A stretch of 64,000 bases of DNA from Octopus vulgaris (lineage: Eukaryota): assembly GCA_951406725.2 (NCBI GenBank), contig OX597814.1, positions 161,820,001-161,884,000 of the forward strand, written 5' to 3'. The position numbers and the translations under genes were made by a program. Of the stretch, positions 41,561-55,490 are shown piece after piece. Within the stretch, counting starts at the first letter, position 1, and each line of letters begins with the position of its first letter. A model generated the notes under the pieces. It had not been told where the DNA came from, searched no databases, and saw only the letters and a program-made list of their open reading frames with translations.

Positions 41561-43262
41561 GGTTAATATATAGTTTAACTCCAGTCTAATAGGTGTTAAA
41601 AAAATGTTAAAAACGAATATGAAAACAAAAGTTTGCACAAACGAATGTTGGGGTAGGGAGAGAACTTTCGGAAAATTCACAAGATCCAATTTTTCCCTCA
41701 TAACTTTCAGGAAAATGGATATAAATTGATGAAATTTTATGGAAATACCATTCAAATGTCATAGTTTACGATTATAAAGAAATTTGTGGGGAAAATGTTT
41801 TCTGAGAGGATTGTGGAAAATTTACATGATCCAATTTTTTCCCTCATAACTTTCAGGAAAATAGATATTTTTTGGTGAAACTTCACAGAAACACCTTTCA
41901 AATAGCATAGATTACAATTATAAAGAAATTTGTGGGGAAAAGGTTTTCTGAAGTGGTGGGGAGAGGACTTTCAGAAAATTCACATGATCTGCTTTTTCCT
42001 TCATAACTTTCAGGATCTAGTTTAGCACCCGATCAGCAAAACATTAAAAAAAAACCAGTCTACTAGGTGTAAAAAAATGTGCAGAAAACGAATATGAAAA
42101 CAAAAATTTGCACAAACATACATAAATTCATCTTGGTTGTTAATTATTTGACAGAAACAATTCAAGAGAGGAAGGTATAATTTGGCTGCCTCTATGAAGA
42201 ACTTGTGCAACAGACTTCCTTCATGTTGAGAACTTATAAATAAATATCTTGCAAGATTTTGATCGAATTCCTGGCTTTTGGATCGATTCTTCTATGTCTT
42301 TCCAAAGATGTTCAATGTTTTGTGTGTGTATGTTTCTGTGTACTATCTTCAAAATTGTCAGAGTAAGACATTTTCCCATCATTGTTTCAATGTCGGCATA
42401 TCACTGTTTGGTAATACTCCGTGCGAATGAAGGAACTCAGCTGACTTTTGATCATTACAATGAAAAGTGCTGATGCATTCATAGTAATCTAAGTTAGAAT
42501 TTTCACAAATATTGAAATTCTCCATTCTCGAGCACTAGTTTGCAAATGTGACAATATCAAAATTGAAACGAAGAGTAGATTTCAAGTAAAGCTCTCCATG
42601 GCCTTTCGAACAGCATAGATTACAATGATAAAGGAAAAAACAGACCGTGTGAATTTTCCCACAGTTCTCTCCCCACCTCTTCAAAAAATATTTTCCCCAC
42701 AAATTTCTTTATCATCATAATCTATGCTGTTTGAAACGTGTTTCTGTAAAATTTCAATAAAAGATATATATTTTCCTGGAAATTATGAAGGAAAAAATCA
42801 GATCGTGTGAATTTTCCGAAAGTCCTCTCCCCACTTACTTTTCATTTTCATTTTCTACACATTTTTTTTACACCTGGTAGACTGGGTTGTTTTCATTTTG
42901 GTGGCCGGGTGCTAAACTAAATCCTGAAAGTTATGAGGGAAGAAAATGGTCCATAGAATTTTCAAAAATCCTCTGACAACCCCTTTAAAAAACTTTTTCC
43001 CCACAAATTTCTTTATAATCGTAATCTATGCCATTTGAATAATATTTTTATAAAATTTCATTAATATACATCCATTTTCCTGAAAGTTACGAGGGCAAAA
43101 TCGGATCTTGCGATTTTTCCAAAAGTCTCCTCATCACCCCACTGTTCGTTTGTGCAAACTTTTGTTTCATATTCATTTTCTATGCATTTTTTTTTTCACC
43201 TATTAGACTGTTTTCTTTTTTTTTTTCTTTTTGGTGACCGGGAATTAAACTATATATTAACC
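41561..43262. mobile_element. Foldback-like element with long, internally repetitive inverted repeats
   Basis: Termini ggttaatatatagtttaa / ttaaactatatattaacc; arms about 41561-42120 and 42600-43262 carry repeated ataaagaaatttgtggggaaaa / cataactttcagga modules. Confidence 0.75.
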
Positions 43263-43299
43263 TTCAATAAAGTATAAAACCTTAATGAAGTGAGCACAC

Positions 43300-43490
43300 A
43301 GGACAAAAATGGTTAGTGACATTTCAGCCAGCTTTACATTCTGAGTTTAAATGCCACCAAGGTTGACTTTGCCTTCCATCCTTTTGAAGTCAATAAAAGA
43401 AGTACCAGTTGAGTACTGGGGTCGACTTAATTGACTTACTCCCTCCCCTGAACTTGCTAGCCTTGTGCCAAAATTTGAAACCAATATTTA
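43300..43490 (+). mobile_element. Nin-type SINE
   Basis: ggttgactttgccttccatcc...agtaccagttgagtactggggtcgac. Confidence 0.7.
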
Positions 43491-44204
43491 TAGTATAATC
43501 TCTCTTCCTTTCTACTATCCTCCCACTCAGTCAGTCAAGGTTACTTATGAAGTCTTGCAAGTCAGATGGTAACAACCTCACTAGCGCTGGTGCCAGGGAA
43601 AAGAACAACTAGTACACTCTGCAAAGTGGTTGGCATTAGGAAGGGCATCAAGCAGTAGAAACTGTGTCAAAGCAGATACTGAAACTTAACTGGCTCAGAT
43701 TCTGTCAAATTGTTCAACTCATGCCAACATGGGCGTGTAATGCTAAGCGATGATGATGATGAAAACATTTTGTGTACACATAATATACTTATGTCCCACG
43801 CAGTTCGAACAAATTTTTAATTAATCTGTATCAGTATGACAATCGTTTAACTTATTATCCCTAATGATGTTTTACAATTCCCTTTGATATTCTTCAATCA
43901 CCCAAACCTAACCAAATTCATGCATTCTAACAATGATGTTCACACACTGAATATCTCAATGAGAACAATAGCCACAAAACTAAATAGGGCCACTCACATG
44001 TTTATATATTTGATAATGAAAACAAAACCGCGTCTATTCACCTCTTCTTTCGAAACTCTCTATCTGTAAATTTTATTTAGAGTGAAGATGTATTCATTGC
44101 AAAATGTCTGCATAATTAAAAATACAATAAAATTACACAGAATATGAAGTTCGGGTTTATTGTAGAATACATTGACAAAATTAATGAAAACAATCATTGT
44201 TTTT

Positions 44205-44490
44205 AACATAGTCTGAAATTTTGGAGGAAAAGAGTAGTCGAATATAATCGACGTTGGCGAGATGAAAGGTAAAAATTGACCTCGGCAGGATTTGAACCCA
44301 AAGCATTTTATTCGACGCTCTAACGATCCAGTCAATCTACCGCCCATAATAATTTCTAACTTAGGCACCAGAAATTTGAAAATTGGTTTCAGTCGATCAA
44401 ATCGACTACAGTTGTTGACTGGTACTTCATTTTTCGACCCCGGAAGGATAAAAGGCAAAACTGATCTCAACAAATTTGAATTCACAAGCG
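44205..44490 (-). mobile_element. Two truncated Nin-type SINEs with CpGs retained
   Basis: gaaaggtaaaaattgacctcggcaggatttgaacc; tcgaccccggaaggataaaaggc. Confidence 0.65.
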
Positions 44491-47400
44491 TATTTAAATA
44501 ACGAAAACATAAGTATATTACTCTTTCACTTTGTATAATGAAAGTAATGTGCGTAGTGATATTTTTTTATTTTCAGTTCAAATGACGGCGCGGTACATAA
44601 TTTTATTTTATTTGTATTTGTAACATTCTCATCCTTAAAAATTTAAGCAACAACAGTTAAAAATTATAAAGAAAAAAACGTAATGCAAATGTTTTTTATT
44701 CGTGGATACACATTACTTTCGTTATTTTCATAGTCTGCAATACAACCGATAATTCGATAATTTTAAATTACAAGAATTACTTGACATTAGTTGTTTGTAA
44801 ACACGAAGTACTGACTACTGTCATTTTAACTCAGCATGAAAACGGAAATTCCCAGAATCGGTTAATTCATATCAAATGAAATGTTCAATTTTATGCTACG
44901 TTTCGTCAGTTATTTCACTCTAAATAAGAAAAAAAATATTAAGCGATTTACCGAAATAGATAGTATTTGCATATGCAATTAACCGATCAATTTTACTCTC
45001 AGTGGTTGAAGAATTATACAATTAACCGAATTATGCAATTATGCGACATATAGTTAAGCGGAAACATTTGTAAGTAAAACCCCATCCTAATCCCTTATTG
45101 ATTGTCGTAGTCGAGCTGACTTACGATCAAAAGCGTCCCAATCGTGACCACCTATTTTTACTTTTCAGAAATGATATATGTAGGACTACTATTATCTAAT
45201 GTGTCCTGTGTCGTTTAAAAAAGTAGAAGGTGATTTGAGGAAGAGTTTCTGCTATTTCTAGCAGGTTCAATGACCACTGAAAAACCTCCTACCTAGGCTT
45301 GAATTATTGACAGTTCTTAAACATGTAGATACAATAGCGAAGCGAAACAGGAGTCATATTTCAGCACTGACTCTCGTCTATTTTCCCGGATGAATGCGCT
45401 CTTATTTTGTTTGCTCTAATCAAACTAGAAGGAAATATATGAATAGCTTCAAAAGTGCTTCCTTATGGGAGGGGATAGCGGTTCTCAAATAATTTCAGTG
45501 TATTAAGAGAGAAAAATATGAACATAAACTCGTAAAGTAAATTTCTGGAAATGGAAAATGAATAAAATCTCAAACGATAACATATGTGTTGCTTCATATC
45601 TTAAATAAAAAGATTTTAATCAATAACATCTTTCAACAATCTGGTAGTAGTCAGAAAACAGTGGGTTAAATCTAGGATTTATGTTAACATGGAGAGTTGC
45701 CTGTAAGGAGCCAGTCTAACATTCATTAACCGAGAAAAGAAAACAGCAAGCGTTCGGCTTTTGGTGTCGTAAGAAATCAAAATTCAATAAGCTCCTCACT
45801 TAATCCTGATTATGTTTATTAGAATAATATACTGGTGCAAACCAGCTTAGTTAAATGAAGAACTATCTTGTCAGAACTGATGTATAGAGATTCAATCATT
45901 GGTAGAGGTGGGGAAGGTGGTTTATGCGATATCTCTCTTGATAATAACTTTTGATAACTTAGAAGAAAATAAAATAAACAGGAAATAAACCACGCTGTCA
46001 ATATCTATTGTTAAATAAGATCGACAACTTATTCGAGGTATGGTTGTGGGTGAGAAACGAAAGTGAAATAAATACATTAAGTAAACCAAACGGAATGTTT
46101 GATATGTTATTTGAAAGCCTGTGAGGTCGATATCTGCATTGATAACGAGAATATCTGCTGTTTGCCGATTTACCCAACAGAAACAGTTTTAGAAAACTCA
46201 CAACAGAACAATTATTGATCGTTAGAGACAGACCGATATGATTTTTACTAATAATTTGCTGTTTCTGATGACGGGGACCAGAAGAAATAACGATTTCTAA
46301 AATTGGCAGAAGGCCCATCATAAAAATATAACAACCACAACAATTATAATAAACCGTTAACTTATTTTAAATATCTACCCACACTGAATAAATAAAGAGT
46401 AAAATACAATATCATAACACTTTAGGGAGGATTAACTTCATATTAATGTTTCATCGAGCCGATATATCGATCGGAGATACGCTTTAGTGAATGATAATAA
46501 CGAAATTACACACACACCCTCACAATCTCTTTGATGTGTTTTGGACACACATGTGCACATATACAATATAACACACAGATACACGAGACACTTTTAATTA
46601 TTTTTTTCTTCTTTTCTTTGTTCTTATTGATAGCTTTGAACTAATCGAATAACTACATGTCCAGACACGTCATCATGCATACACTGTCATCGGAAGATCG
46701 AGATCATGAATCTGTTTTGAGATCTAGGAAGAATTTCTGCTCTGAAACACAGCAAGAATATTCTTTCATTTAGAATTCAGGCATTATACATTTCATTATA
46801 CATTGAAATAACTGTAAGAAAAACGTCTGTAATACAAAACAACACTATATAGGAATTGTCTCGCTATAAGATTATATCCAACAAGTTGGTTCCTGTTCTT
46901 TGAAAAATAAAACTTCCTGTATTTTAAATTGGTATTTCGTTTTTATTAACCAAGGGGGATTTTGAAATGAGTTATTTAATGAATCATAAACTTACTATAA
47001 TGGTCTGAAAATTAACTTTATAAAACAATTATAATTGTTATTGTTAAACATAATGTAATGTAATAAATGAAAACATAATTACTTCTCTTATTATCATCGT
47101 TATTTAATCATTTACTTGCTAGAAGGTTTCTATAAGAAGCGTAAATAACTCACTGGTTTTGTTTCTTCTGCAGACTGGAAAGTTGAAAATGTTGCAGGAA
47201 CGAATCTTGGAGATATACAACAAAAACACATTTGATTGACCAAACTTTCATCCGTTTTATCCCAATTGTACATTTTTTTTCTTCTTCTTAGGTTGATAGA
47301 AATTTTTGTAGAATTTGAGATAACATTGACTGAAATATTCTTCGATAAATGTTAAGCGAGAAACTAAATGAGAAAAACGAAGAAAAAGTCAAGTAAACAT

Positions 47401-47937
47401 ATCTTTCTTCACAGCTCCAAAGTAAAAATAAATGGAATATAAATGTCAGCAAGGAATCTCCGCCATATCATAGTTGTGTCGAGAACTTTCTAAGTTTCAA
47501 AAAGTTTGGAAGCTATCACGAAATTCCTTGCTTTAAGAAGGTTTGGTAATTGAATATAATTACTTTGGTAAAAATGACATTAGTACCCATTTCTTTATTT
47601 ATTACTATTTATGTGTGTAGAATCTGTGCAATATTATGTTTAAAAATAATATTGTAATTAAAAAGCAAGTTATAAAAAGTACAAGTGTAACAAACAGGGA
47701 AGACAACACGTACTTCAAGAACCTGTAGAATCGAGTTACTTCCCTTCGGGAACCCAAATTTAAGGCACCATGAAGGGCATAAAAACTGAGTTTGGGGCCA
47801 TTCCATTTTCTGACATGATTAAGGTTTTCAGTATTTTTTCTGTGTTAACGAAACTCTCATTATTCGTGAATCCCTCTAATCCGTTTCAAACCCGGATTTA
47901 TTTCTTTATAGTTTCATATAAAAAATGCTCTAAAGTA

Positions 47938-48141
47938 CAGTAATCCCTCGATTATCGCGAGTGTTATGTTCCAAAACCCCCGTGATAGATGAAAATCCGC
48001 GAAGTAGAAACAGTATTGTACTGTATATTTTTTCTTATTATTTTTATAATTTGTATATATTTATTTTATCATAAATGCAAAACAACACCACAGAGGAATG
48101 AACGTAAGCTTAATAAACCGCGATATGGCTAGGGATTACTG
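47938..48141. mobile_element. Tc1/mariner-pogo type MITE
   Basis: TA-cagtaatccct...agggattactg-TA inverted termini with TA duplication. Confidence 0.85.
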
Positions 48142-48593
48142 TATTCTGATACATCATCATCATTTAACGTCTACTTTTCCATGCCTGTATGGGTCAGACA
48201 GAACTTGTTGAAACAAATGTTTGACAGCCAGGTCCCTTCCTGTCATTGGCCGTCATCTATTTCCAAGTTAGGTGATATTTTCCCATGGCCAGACATGCTT
48301 TCCATAGAAGACTGGAAACGAATATCACATATATGATGATGATGATGATGATGATTGCTTAAAACCATCAAATGATGTCTAGACGAGGGCACACACATAC
48401 ACACTCACGCACGCGCGCACACCCACCCACATACACACACATACATACATATAAAAAAAATACGATATACCAAATCTACTCACAAAACTTTGGTTGGCTT
48501 GGGGCTATAGTGGAAGATATTTGCCCGTGGTGTAGCATCGTAGGAGGGAACTCAAGGCCACATGGTTGAAAAGCAAGCTTTTTTTCCACACAA

Positions 48594-48634
<41 letters not shown>

Positions 48635-48637
48635 ACA

Positions 48638-48670
<33 letters not shown>

Positions 48671-49504
48671 GGTTTGGAGAAATAGGACTTAATATGCAGA
48701 ACAGAGCATATATATTTATTATTTAGTTGTAAAACCCACCTAAGTTACTCTAAAGGTCTAGAGTTTCATACATACCTTCATACATGATTTATTACGCTTT
48801 ACATCAGGATAATTAAAACAATGTATATACTTTATTATGAGTTTTAAGTTGTTTTTCTCTTGTGTATAGAAAGTGAGAAAACCACTCTCTTGATGCTAAA
48901 CTCATAAAAGAGATGAAGAATGAATATGACAAATGGCAACATACTGGAGCAATTTTGGTTACTTTTTCTGATGTTGTAGTGTACCTGAACATTGTCTACA
49001 ATAATTTCATAATTATTATTTTTATTTTTATCTTGTGCAAGCAAGATAGAAAGAGTATACTAAAAATGGATAGTGTCTGCATTCATTCTCTGTTCCAACC
49101 TTCTCTATAATACACTTCATCTTCTTTTTACTGCTCTCATTCTATCCATCTGCTGCCCCTAGAAGCTCCATCTCTTGCTGACTCACCATCTCATCTCTTT
49201 CTTGCTCAACTCCAGAACATTCCACCTCTCTTCCACTTCATCTTTATCTCTGTCTCATGCAACCTTCCAACAATTACTCTTAAAGCATTGGCCATATCCC
49301 ATCATCCTTACCACTCTGCTCCTCTCTCTTTCTCACCAACTCTTGAAACTGCTCTGTCCTTTCTCCTTTTATGTACTCCTTCCATTACTCCCTCCCCTCA
49401 ACACTGTCTCACCTGTTTCTCTTCCCATTGCCACCTCTCTTAGCAATAAATCTGTCTTCCTGTTCATACTGTAATTTTTCTTGATGCCTCATCTGAAGCC
49501 ATTA

Positions 49505-49758
49505 TTGTCTGTCTGTCTTCCTCTCTCTCTCTCTTTGTCTCTCTCTCTCTTTGTCTCTCTCTCTCTCTTTGTCTCTCTCTCTCTCTTTGTCTCTCTCTCT
49601 CTCTCTCTCTCTCCTATTCTCCTTTCCTGGCATGGGATCACTTTGGTCTTGTGAGCTACAAGACCATCTCACTAGTGCTGGTGCTACAAAAATATGTACA
49701 CAGCACAATCTATAAAGCGGTAGACAAACTGAATGGAGACAAAGCAGTGTCAAGGGAG

Positions 49759-49830
<72 letters not shown>
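49505..49830. repeat. (CT)n microsatellites
   Basis: Seen directly; explains the ER/LS-rich ORFs. Confidence 0.95.
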
Positions 49831-49832
<2 letters not shown>

Positions 49833-50247
49833 TGGCCAGGTAACCTTGTTTTTCCTCTACAGCAAGACAGCTGTTTCTGTCTCACTATAACCTTTCACCA
49901 TCCAGCTCAAGATCACCTCCTCCAATGCCCCCCTCCCCACTTAAAATTTTTTTTTTGTCTTGCAAGTACTTTATGACTCTGTCAGTGCAGGTGCCACTTA
50001 AAAGTACCCAGTCCACACTGTAAAGTGGTTGGTGTTCAGAAGGGCATCCAGCTGTAAAAATCTTGCCAAAACTGACCTTGCCTGTGTTTGGTAAAAAGCA
50101 CCAAGTCCACTCTGCTGAGTGGTTGGTGTTTTGAAGGGCATCCAGCTTTAAAATTCCTGCAAAAACAGTCACAGAAGTCTGATGCAATCTTTTGCCTGGC
50201 TGGCTCTTGTGAAACCATCCTACCCATACTATATGTATACACACCGG

Positions 50248-50279
<32 letters not shown>

Positions 50280-52779
50280 CAGGTATGTATATATGTATGT
50301 ATAATAACAGATGAATTGCAGTTCACTACAGCTCTTTCAGACATGCTTTTTTATTGATGAATAGAAGTGTTGCATCATGCAAAAAATGCATTTTCAACAG
50401 GTGAATACTCGTAAGAATTCACAATTGGAACTTCTCAGCAACAAGTACACAGTACCAGATGATTCAGTCAACCCAAATTTGGTCAGAGATGACTCGCGTA
50501 AGATTTGGTCAGAGCTGACTCATGTAAGATTTAGTAAGGCACTTGTGAATGTATACATAACAGGAGAACAAATCTGTGTTTGCTTTAGTGAGTACATTTT
50601 TGTTCTTATACATTGTACACATTAGTGCTATCATCGACTCTATCCTGGTGCTTTCACTATTTAAATAACCGATTCTCTTAAATCCAAGAATTTAAAAAAT
50701 TTATTTATGTATGTATGTTTCTCCCTCTTAGGCAAGGGGACTCTTTACTCTTGGGAATTACAAGGCAACTAACTACACAAGTGCTGGTGCCTATGAAAAA
50801 TAAAAAAAGGTACCCTGTACACTCTGTGAAGTGATTGGTGTTGGGAAGAGCAGCTAACCATAGAAACCATGCCAAAATTGAGACACTGAAGCAAGATGTG
50901 ATCCTCTGAGGCCCATTTGATCCATATCAACATGGAAAGGGAACATAAAAATGATTATAACGTTACTGACAATGATGACAGCAACACTGGTGGTGACAAT
51001 GACAATGATGACAAAAGTGATGATGATGATGATGCATGAAAATATTTATACATACTCATACACATTATAAAAACCACATAGGTCAATGTTTAATCTCTTA
51101 AATTGTGTATGATTAAGGTTACTGGTTGATAATTGATTGTGGTGAATGGTTGACATATGGGTCTAGAAGAATGTGGTTCTGAAGGAGAATGAATGCAGAA
51201 AAATTTAGAATGATACAATAAGAGTTGGGTAAAATCCAGAATCCAAAGAGACTGGTAATGGTCTGCAGCAGCAACAACTAAACTATAGTTCAATTGCTGC
51301 GAAAAGGGAAGAATGTAACGTTTTGGGTCCCTTCTCTTCATGTGAGTATAGAAGAGAATGAGAGAGTGGGGGTACTGTTGCTTTGGTGGTAAAGCTAGTA
51401 AAAAAAGAAGTAATTTTGATAAGCTTCCCTGTGGGCTTGTTATAGACTTTATGGTTTACAGAGGTATTAAGTTTACTACATATATGTTTTTAGAGAATAA
51501 TAAATAAGAAAAATTATTGGTGTACTTAATGTGTTTATTAATGTTATATTTCAATAAGAATTATCTTAGCTGTCATTAGGATTAAGTTTTTTAATATACG
51601 AAGATAATATATTTGAAACAGTCCTACAAGTTACAATAAAATATTTACACAATATTTATTGTTAAATGGTTTGTTTTATTATGATTAAAATTTATTCTTC
51701 TGGGACAGAAACTTATAGTCACAGTTAGTTGGTTTGAAATTCTTTTTTAGAATTGGACCAATAAGATTGCAACTTTGTACTTGTAACTAGTGTAACTGTG
51801 GTCTAATGGCTTTAGCTAGTATCAGAAATAAAGTTTATGGGATCAATTTGAACCAAGAGAAGTATGTGCATATGAAGGAATAAGGTGCATGCAATCAATA
51901 AATTGAAAGATAGAAATATAGTGTAGCAAAGAGAAATACCAGATTGCATTAGCAATAACTCATCACAGATATTCAGATATAGTTGGTAGTTCATATGCTA
52001 TTACTAATGCTGTATTGTGTCCAAAACACTCAACCATCAAAGGCCCAGTCTACCTAACTATAAATAATAAATACTATCAAATGGTAGAGTTTATCACTAT
52101 GCAGTGAAAGCATTGTATAATTGATAAATGTTTTTCTCTTTTTCGCCTGAAATGCTGAGCTTATACACTGCTATAAGTCTGAAGAAGGTTTGGGGAATGC
52201 ACCTCTGAATATCCTCTTTTGAATGACTATACAACGAAGAAGACTTAACTGTAAACTATAGTCATAGTTATGCAATGGTAATCAGACCACGTGAATGTGC
52301 ACACTCACACATAATCATATATTGACATATTTAATGCAGAATAATACAAACATTTTACTTTTTGCTGTTCCAAAGAACAAAAAGGTATTCATTCAGCGAA
52401 AAATTCTACTCTTTATTGGTATCATTTCTTTCATGAATGCATACATTTTTAATACCTAATAGCCTACCAATTACTATTGATTTCCTTTGATTAGGCACAC
52501 TGCCAGATTTTACTGAGGTTGGTACAGCTGATTCAATTGGCTTACTGAGTTACTGGTACTACCCTTGAAGAATGAAAGGCAATGTTAGTTCATAAAGGGA
52601 ATTGGATTGAGGCCATGGAGAAATACAACTAAATATAGTTATTTCAGTCATTAGTACAAGGCTACAGATTTGGGGAGAGGAAATAGTTCTATAAGCAGAC
52701 CCCAGTACTTGACTGGTATTTTATTTTATCAAACATAGAGAATGTAAATCAAATTGGACTTTGACAGAATTTTAACCCA

Positions 52780-53485
52780 ATGCATTAAGAACTATAAATA
52801 TAAACCACAAATCATTTTGTCTGGCACTTAAGTCAGCCAATCTAGCAACCATTCTTAACTATTAATATTGATTTCTCATATCAGTATAATGCCACTAATC
52901 TAAAGAGGAGGAGTATAGCCAATTAAACTGATCCTACCACATGTCCAGTATATTTTTTTTATTGAAGCCTGATAGATAAAGAAGAAAGTTGAGCTTAGTA
53001 CAATTTTTAATTAAAACACTAAGAGGAGAAAAAAAATATGAAGCATTTTAATAATGTATCGTTTCTACTGACACTACTGCTCAACTTCTAACTAATAAAT
53101 TTTACTTTATTTTTATAATTTATTGTTATGGCTTATTCAAAAGAGGAAGAGCAATACTGTTTCCAGAACATCTAAAGACTGACTGAGAGAAAGGATGAAA
53201 GAAATCATGAACCAAGGTTGCTCCAGCAGGAAACAGAACATCAAGATATCAAGTTGTCCTTGCAGCATTAAGAACTATAAATAAAACCCAAAAGACTTAA
53301 ATTTACCATTCTGCCACCCATTCTTAACTATTAATATTGATTTCTCATATCAATATAATGCCACTAATCTAAATAAGGAGGAGGAGGAGTATAGCCAGTT
53401 AAACTGATTCCACTACATGTCTAGTATATATTTTATTGAATCTCTATAGATAAATAAGATAGCTGCGCTTGGCACAATTTTAAAA
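52780..53485. repeat. ~230-bp direct duplication (about 52780-53010 and 53263-53485) derived from SINE sequence
   Basis: gcattaagaactataaata...cattcttaactattaatattgatttctcatatc...gaggagtatagcc occurs twice. Confidence 0.8.
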
Positions 53486-54169
53486 TAATGAGAAAAAACA
53501 TAAATGCGGGCAACAGAATGGCACTCAGTAACCATGCAGTAGTGCTTAAACTAAGGGTGGAATAAGCCTGCCATATAGATGGTTGGATAAGTGGGCAGGT
53601 AGGTAGGTAGTTGGGTGGGCGACTAGGGTGAGTAGGTTGGTAGATAGGTAGGTTGGTATGTAAGGAAGCAGGTAGGTAGATAGCTTGGTATTCCTTTAAT
53701 TGTAATTTCCGCTAGTGTTCCAGGCACTTGCTTATAATTGTGTAATAGGGTTCACTGTTTGGTTTGATAAATGAATTAATACAACAGAAATAAAATTATT
53801 AATTTGGAGTGAAGTTTAATTTTGACTTGTATTTTCTGTTTTAGCTGGAAAAACACTCTAAATACAGTGTTTATCTTTGTATATTGAGATTGAATATAGA
53901 AGAGTATTCAAAGGCTGGGTACCATGAAAAAATTCAATATATACAAGAAGAAGGCACACACAACACTGGTAATTCCTCCAATTAAAATACAGATTGTACA
54001 CCATCAAAACATCATGGTTTGAGAACTCACTCAGATAGAGAATACAGGCCTGGAAGAATTGGTCATGTCAATGAATTACCAACAAAAACTCATAGACACA
54101 TGCGACATAACAATCCAACTGCTTGTAACACTGTAAATTGTTCCAATCCACTTGATCAAATAAGCGTAA

Positions 54170-55490
54170 CAATCAACATAGGAATCAGGATGTCCTCTGG
54201 TTCAATCCGATTTTCAGTTCGCATGTTTCAACCAAGATCACAGGAAAATTTTTTTGCTGCTTTGGACAAATGTTTTCATAAATCTAATCAGTGTCATGCT
54301 ATTTTTAATCAGCACACTGTGAAGGTATCCTATGCTAACTCTGCCAATTTTGAGCAGCTTATGCAACAAAGGTTCAATAACCCACCTACTGGATCTAGCG
54401 AATATATGCATCTAAATACTAACAAAGGAGCTATAAACTACAATGAAAAACTCTAATTATGGACAATTTGTAAAAGTAGAAATACTTATGATACAGCTAA
54501 CAGAGTAACATCATCGTTAAATGGAGTTGGGACTGCTTATATACAAATAAATACAATAAATGCTCATGCAGAGAAAAATCAAAATGTCCATTGATGAATT
54601 TCTGTATGCATATAAATCTTGCACATAAATATACTGTGCACACAAGAGAAGGGCTTTTTACAGTGTTTACATTGGGAAGATGGCTGATTCATTTAAAAAT
54701 TGTTATCATAATCATGTTGCCAGCTTTAAGACAATAATAAACATTCAACATCTTTGGCCGATTTTGTATGGCGACTGAAGGAGGATAAAATGAGGTACAG
54801 TGAAGCCATACAACATAATCTCCAAGAGATATTGTCTCTGCTCTGAGGAATCCCTGTCTATTTTGTGGACTAATGAGAAGATCATTAATAGAATTTCTGA
54901 AAGACTCATGAGATGCCTATATGCATATAAATGTACTTTCGCACAATGCAGTGAGAATGAATTTTGAGTAACTGTTAACATAATTTACTTAAAGGTATGG
55001 ATGAATTAAGTTTACTTTTAACCTCCCCATTCTTACAAGCACCAAGTAGATAGTTAACTCGCTTTGTGATCGTGAGTGCACCAAACCTCAAGTGTGCATA
55101 TGCTCACATTTTCGTGGATGCTTGTATGAGCGAGTGTACTCACACTATGCAGCTTGCTTGAGGGCATTTATACATTCATATTTATTAACAGTTATTTTAA
55201 ATACTTTTCTCACTGTATTGTATGTTTGTTTCTCTTTTATCCATCTGTGATTTTATTTTTGATCTTCTATGTAAATGAAGGTATTTCCTCCGTCTGGCTG
55301 CTTTTCTTCCTACAAAGTGAGAAGTTACATTGCAAAACTGTTATTTTAATGAGTTGTGTCTATTTATCACTCGATGAGAGATATCTGCACCACCAAATAC
55401 TCCTGAACCAGCTGTTGAGTGTCCCACCCATGAGGGATCAATGTTAGACGTGTCGAAACAATTGTCGTGATTAATAATAAATTCTCATAT
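54170..55490 (+). mobile_element. Penelope-like element relic (RT-EN linker, GIY-YIG endonuclease, 3' pseudo-LTR)
   Basis: VLWFNPIFS...FF.ALDKCF...HAIFNQHTVKVSY (cf. PLE WFNPP...FNRNTVKVSY), KCPLMNFC, FKNCYHNHVASF, CLCSEE, INRISE; frameshifted. Confidence 0.8.
55361..55476 (+). ncRNA. Decayed type I hammerhead motif at the PLE 3' end
   Basis: tatttatcac-TCGATGA-ga...tc-GAAA-caattg-TC-gtgattaata; palindromic stem III acaattgt; GUC triplet. Confidence 0.6.

Noticed and set aside
44060-44485. 141-aa minus-strand ORF
   Set aside because: Runs through SINE sequence with no protein motif
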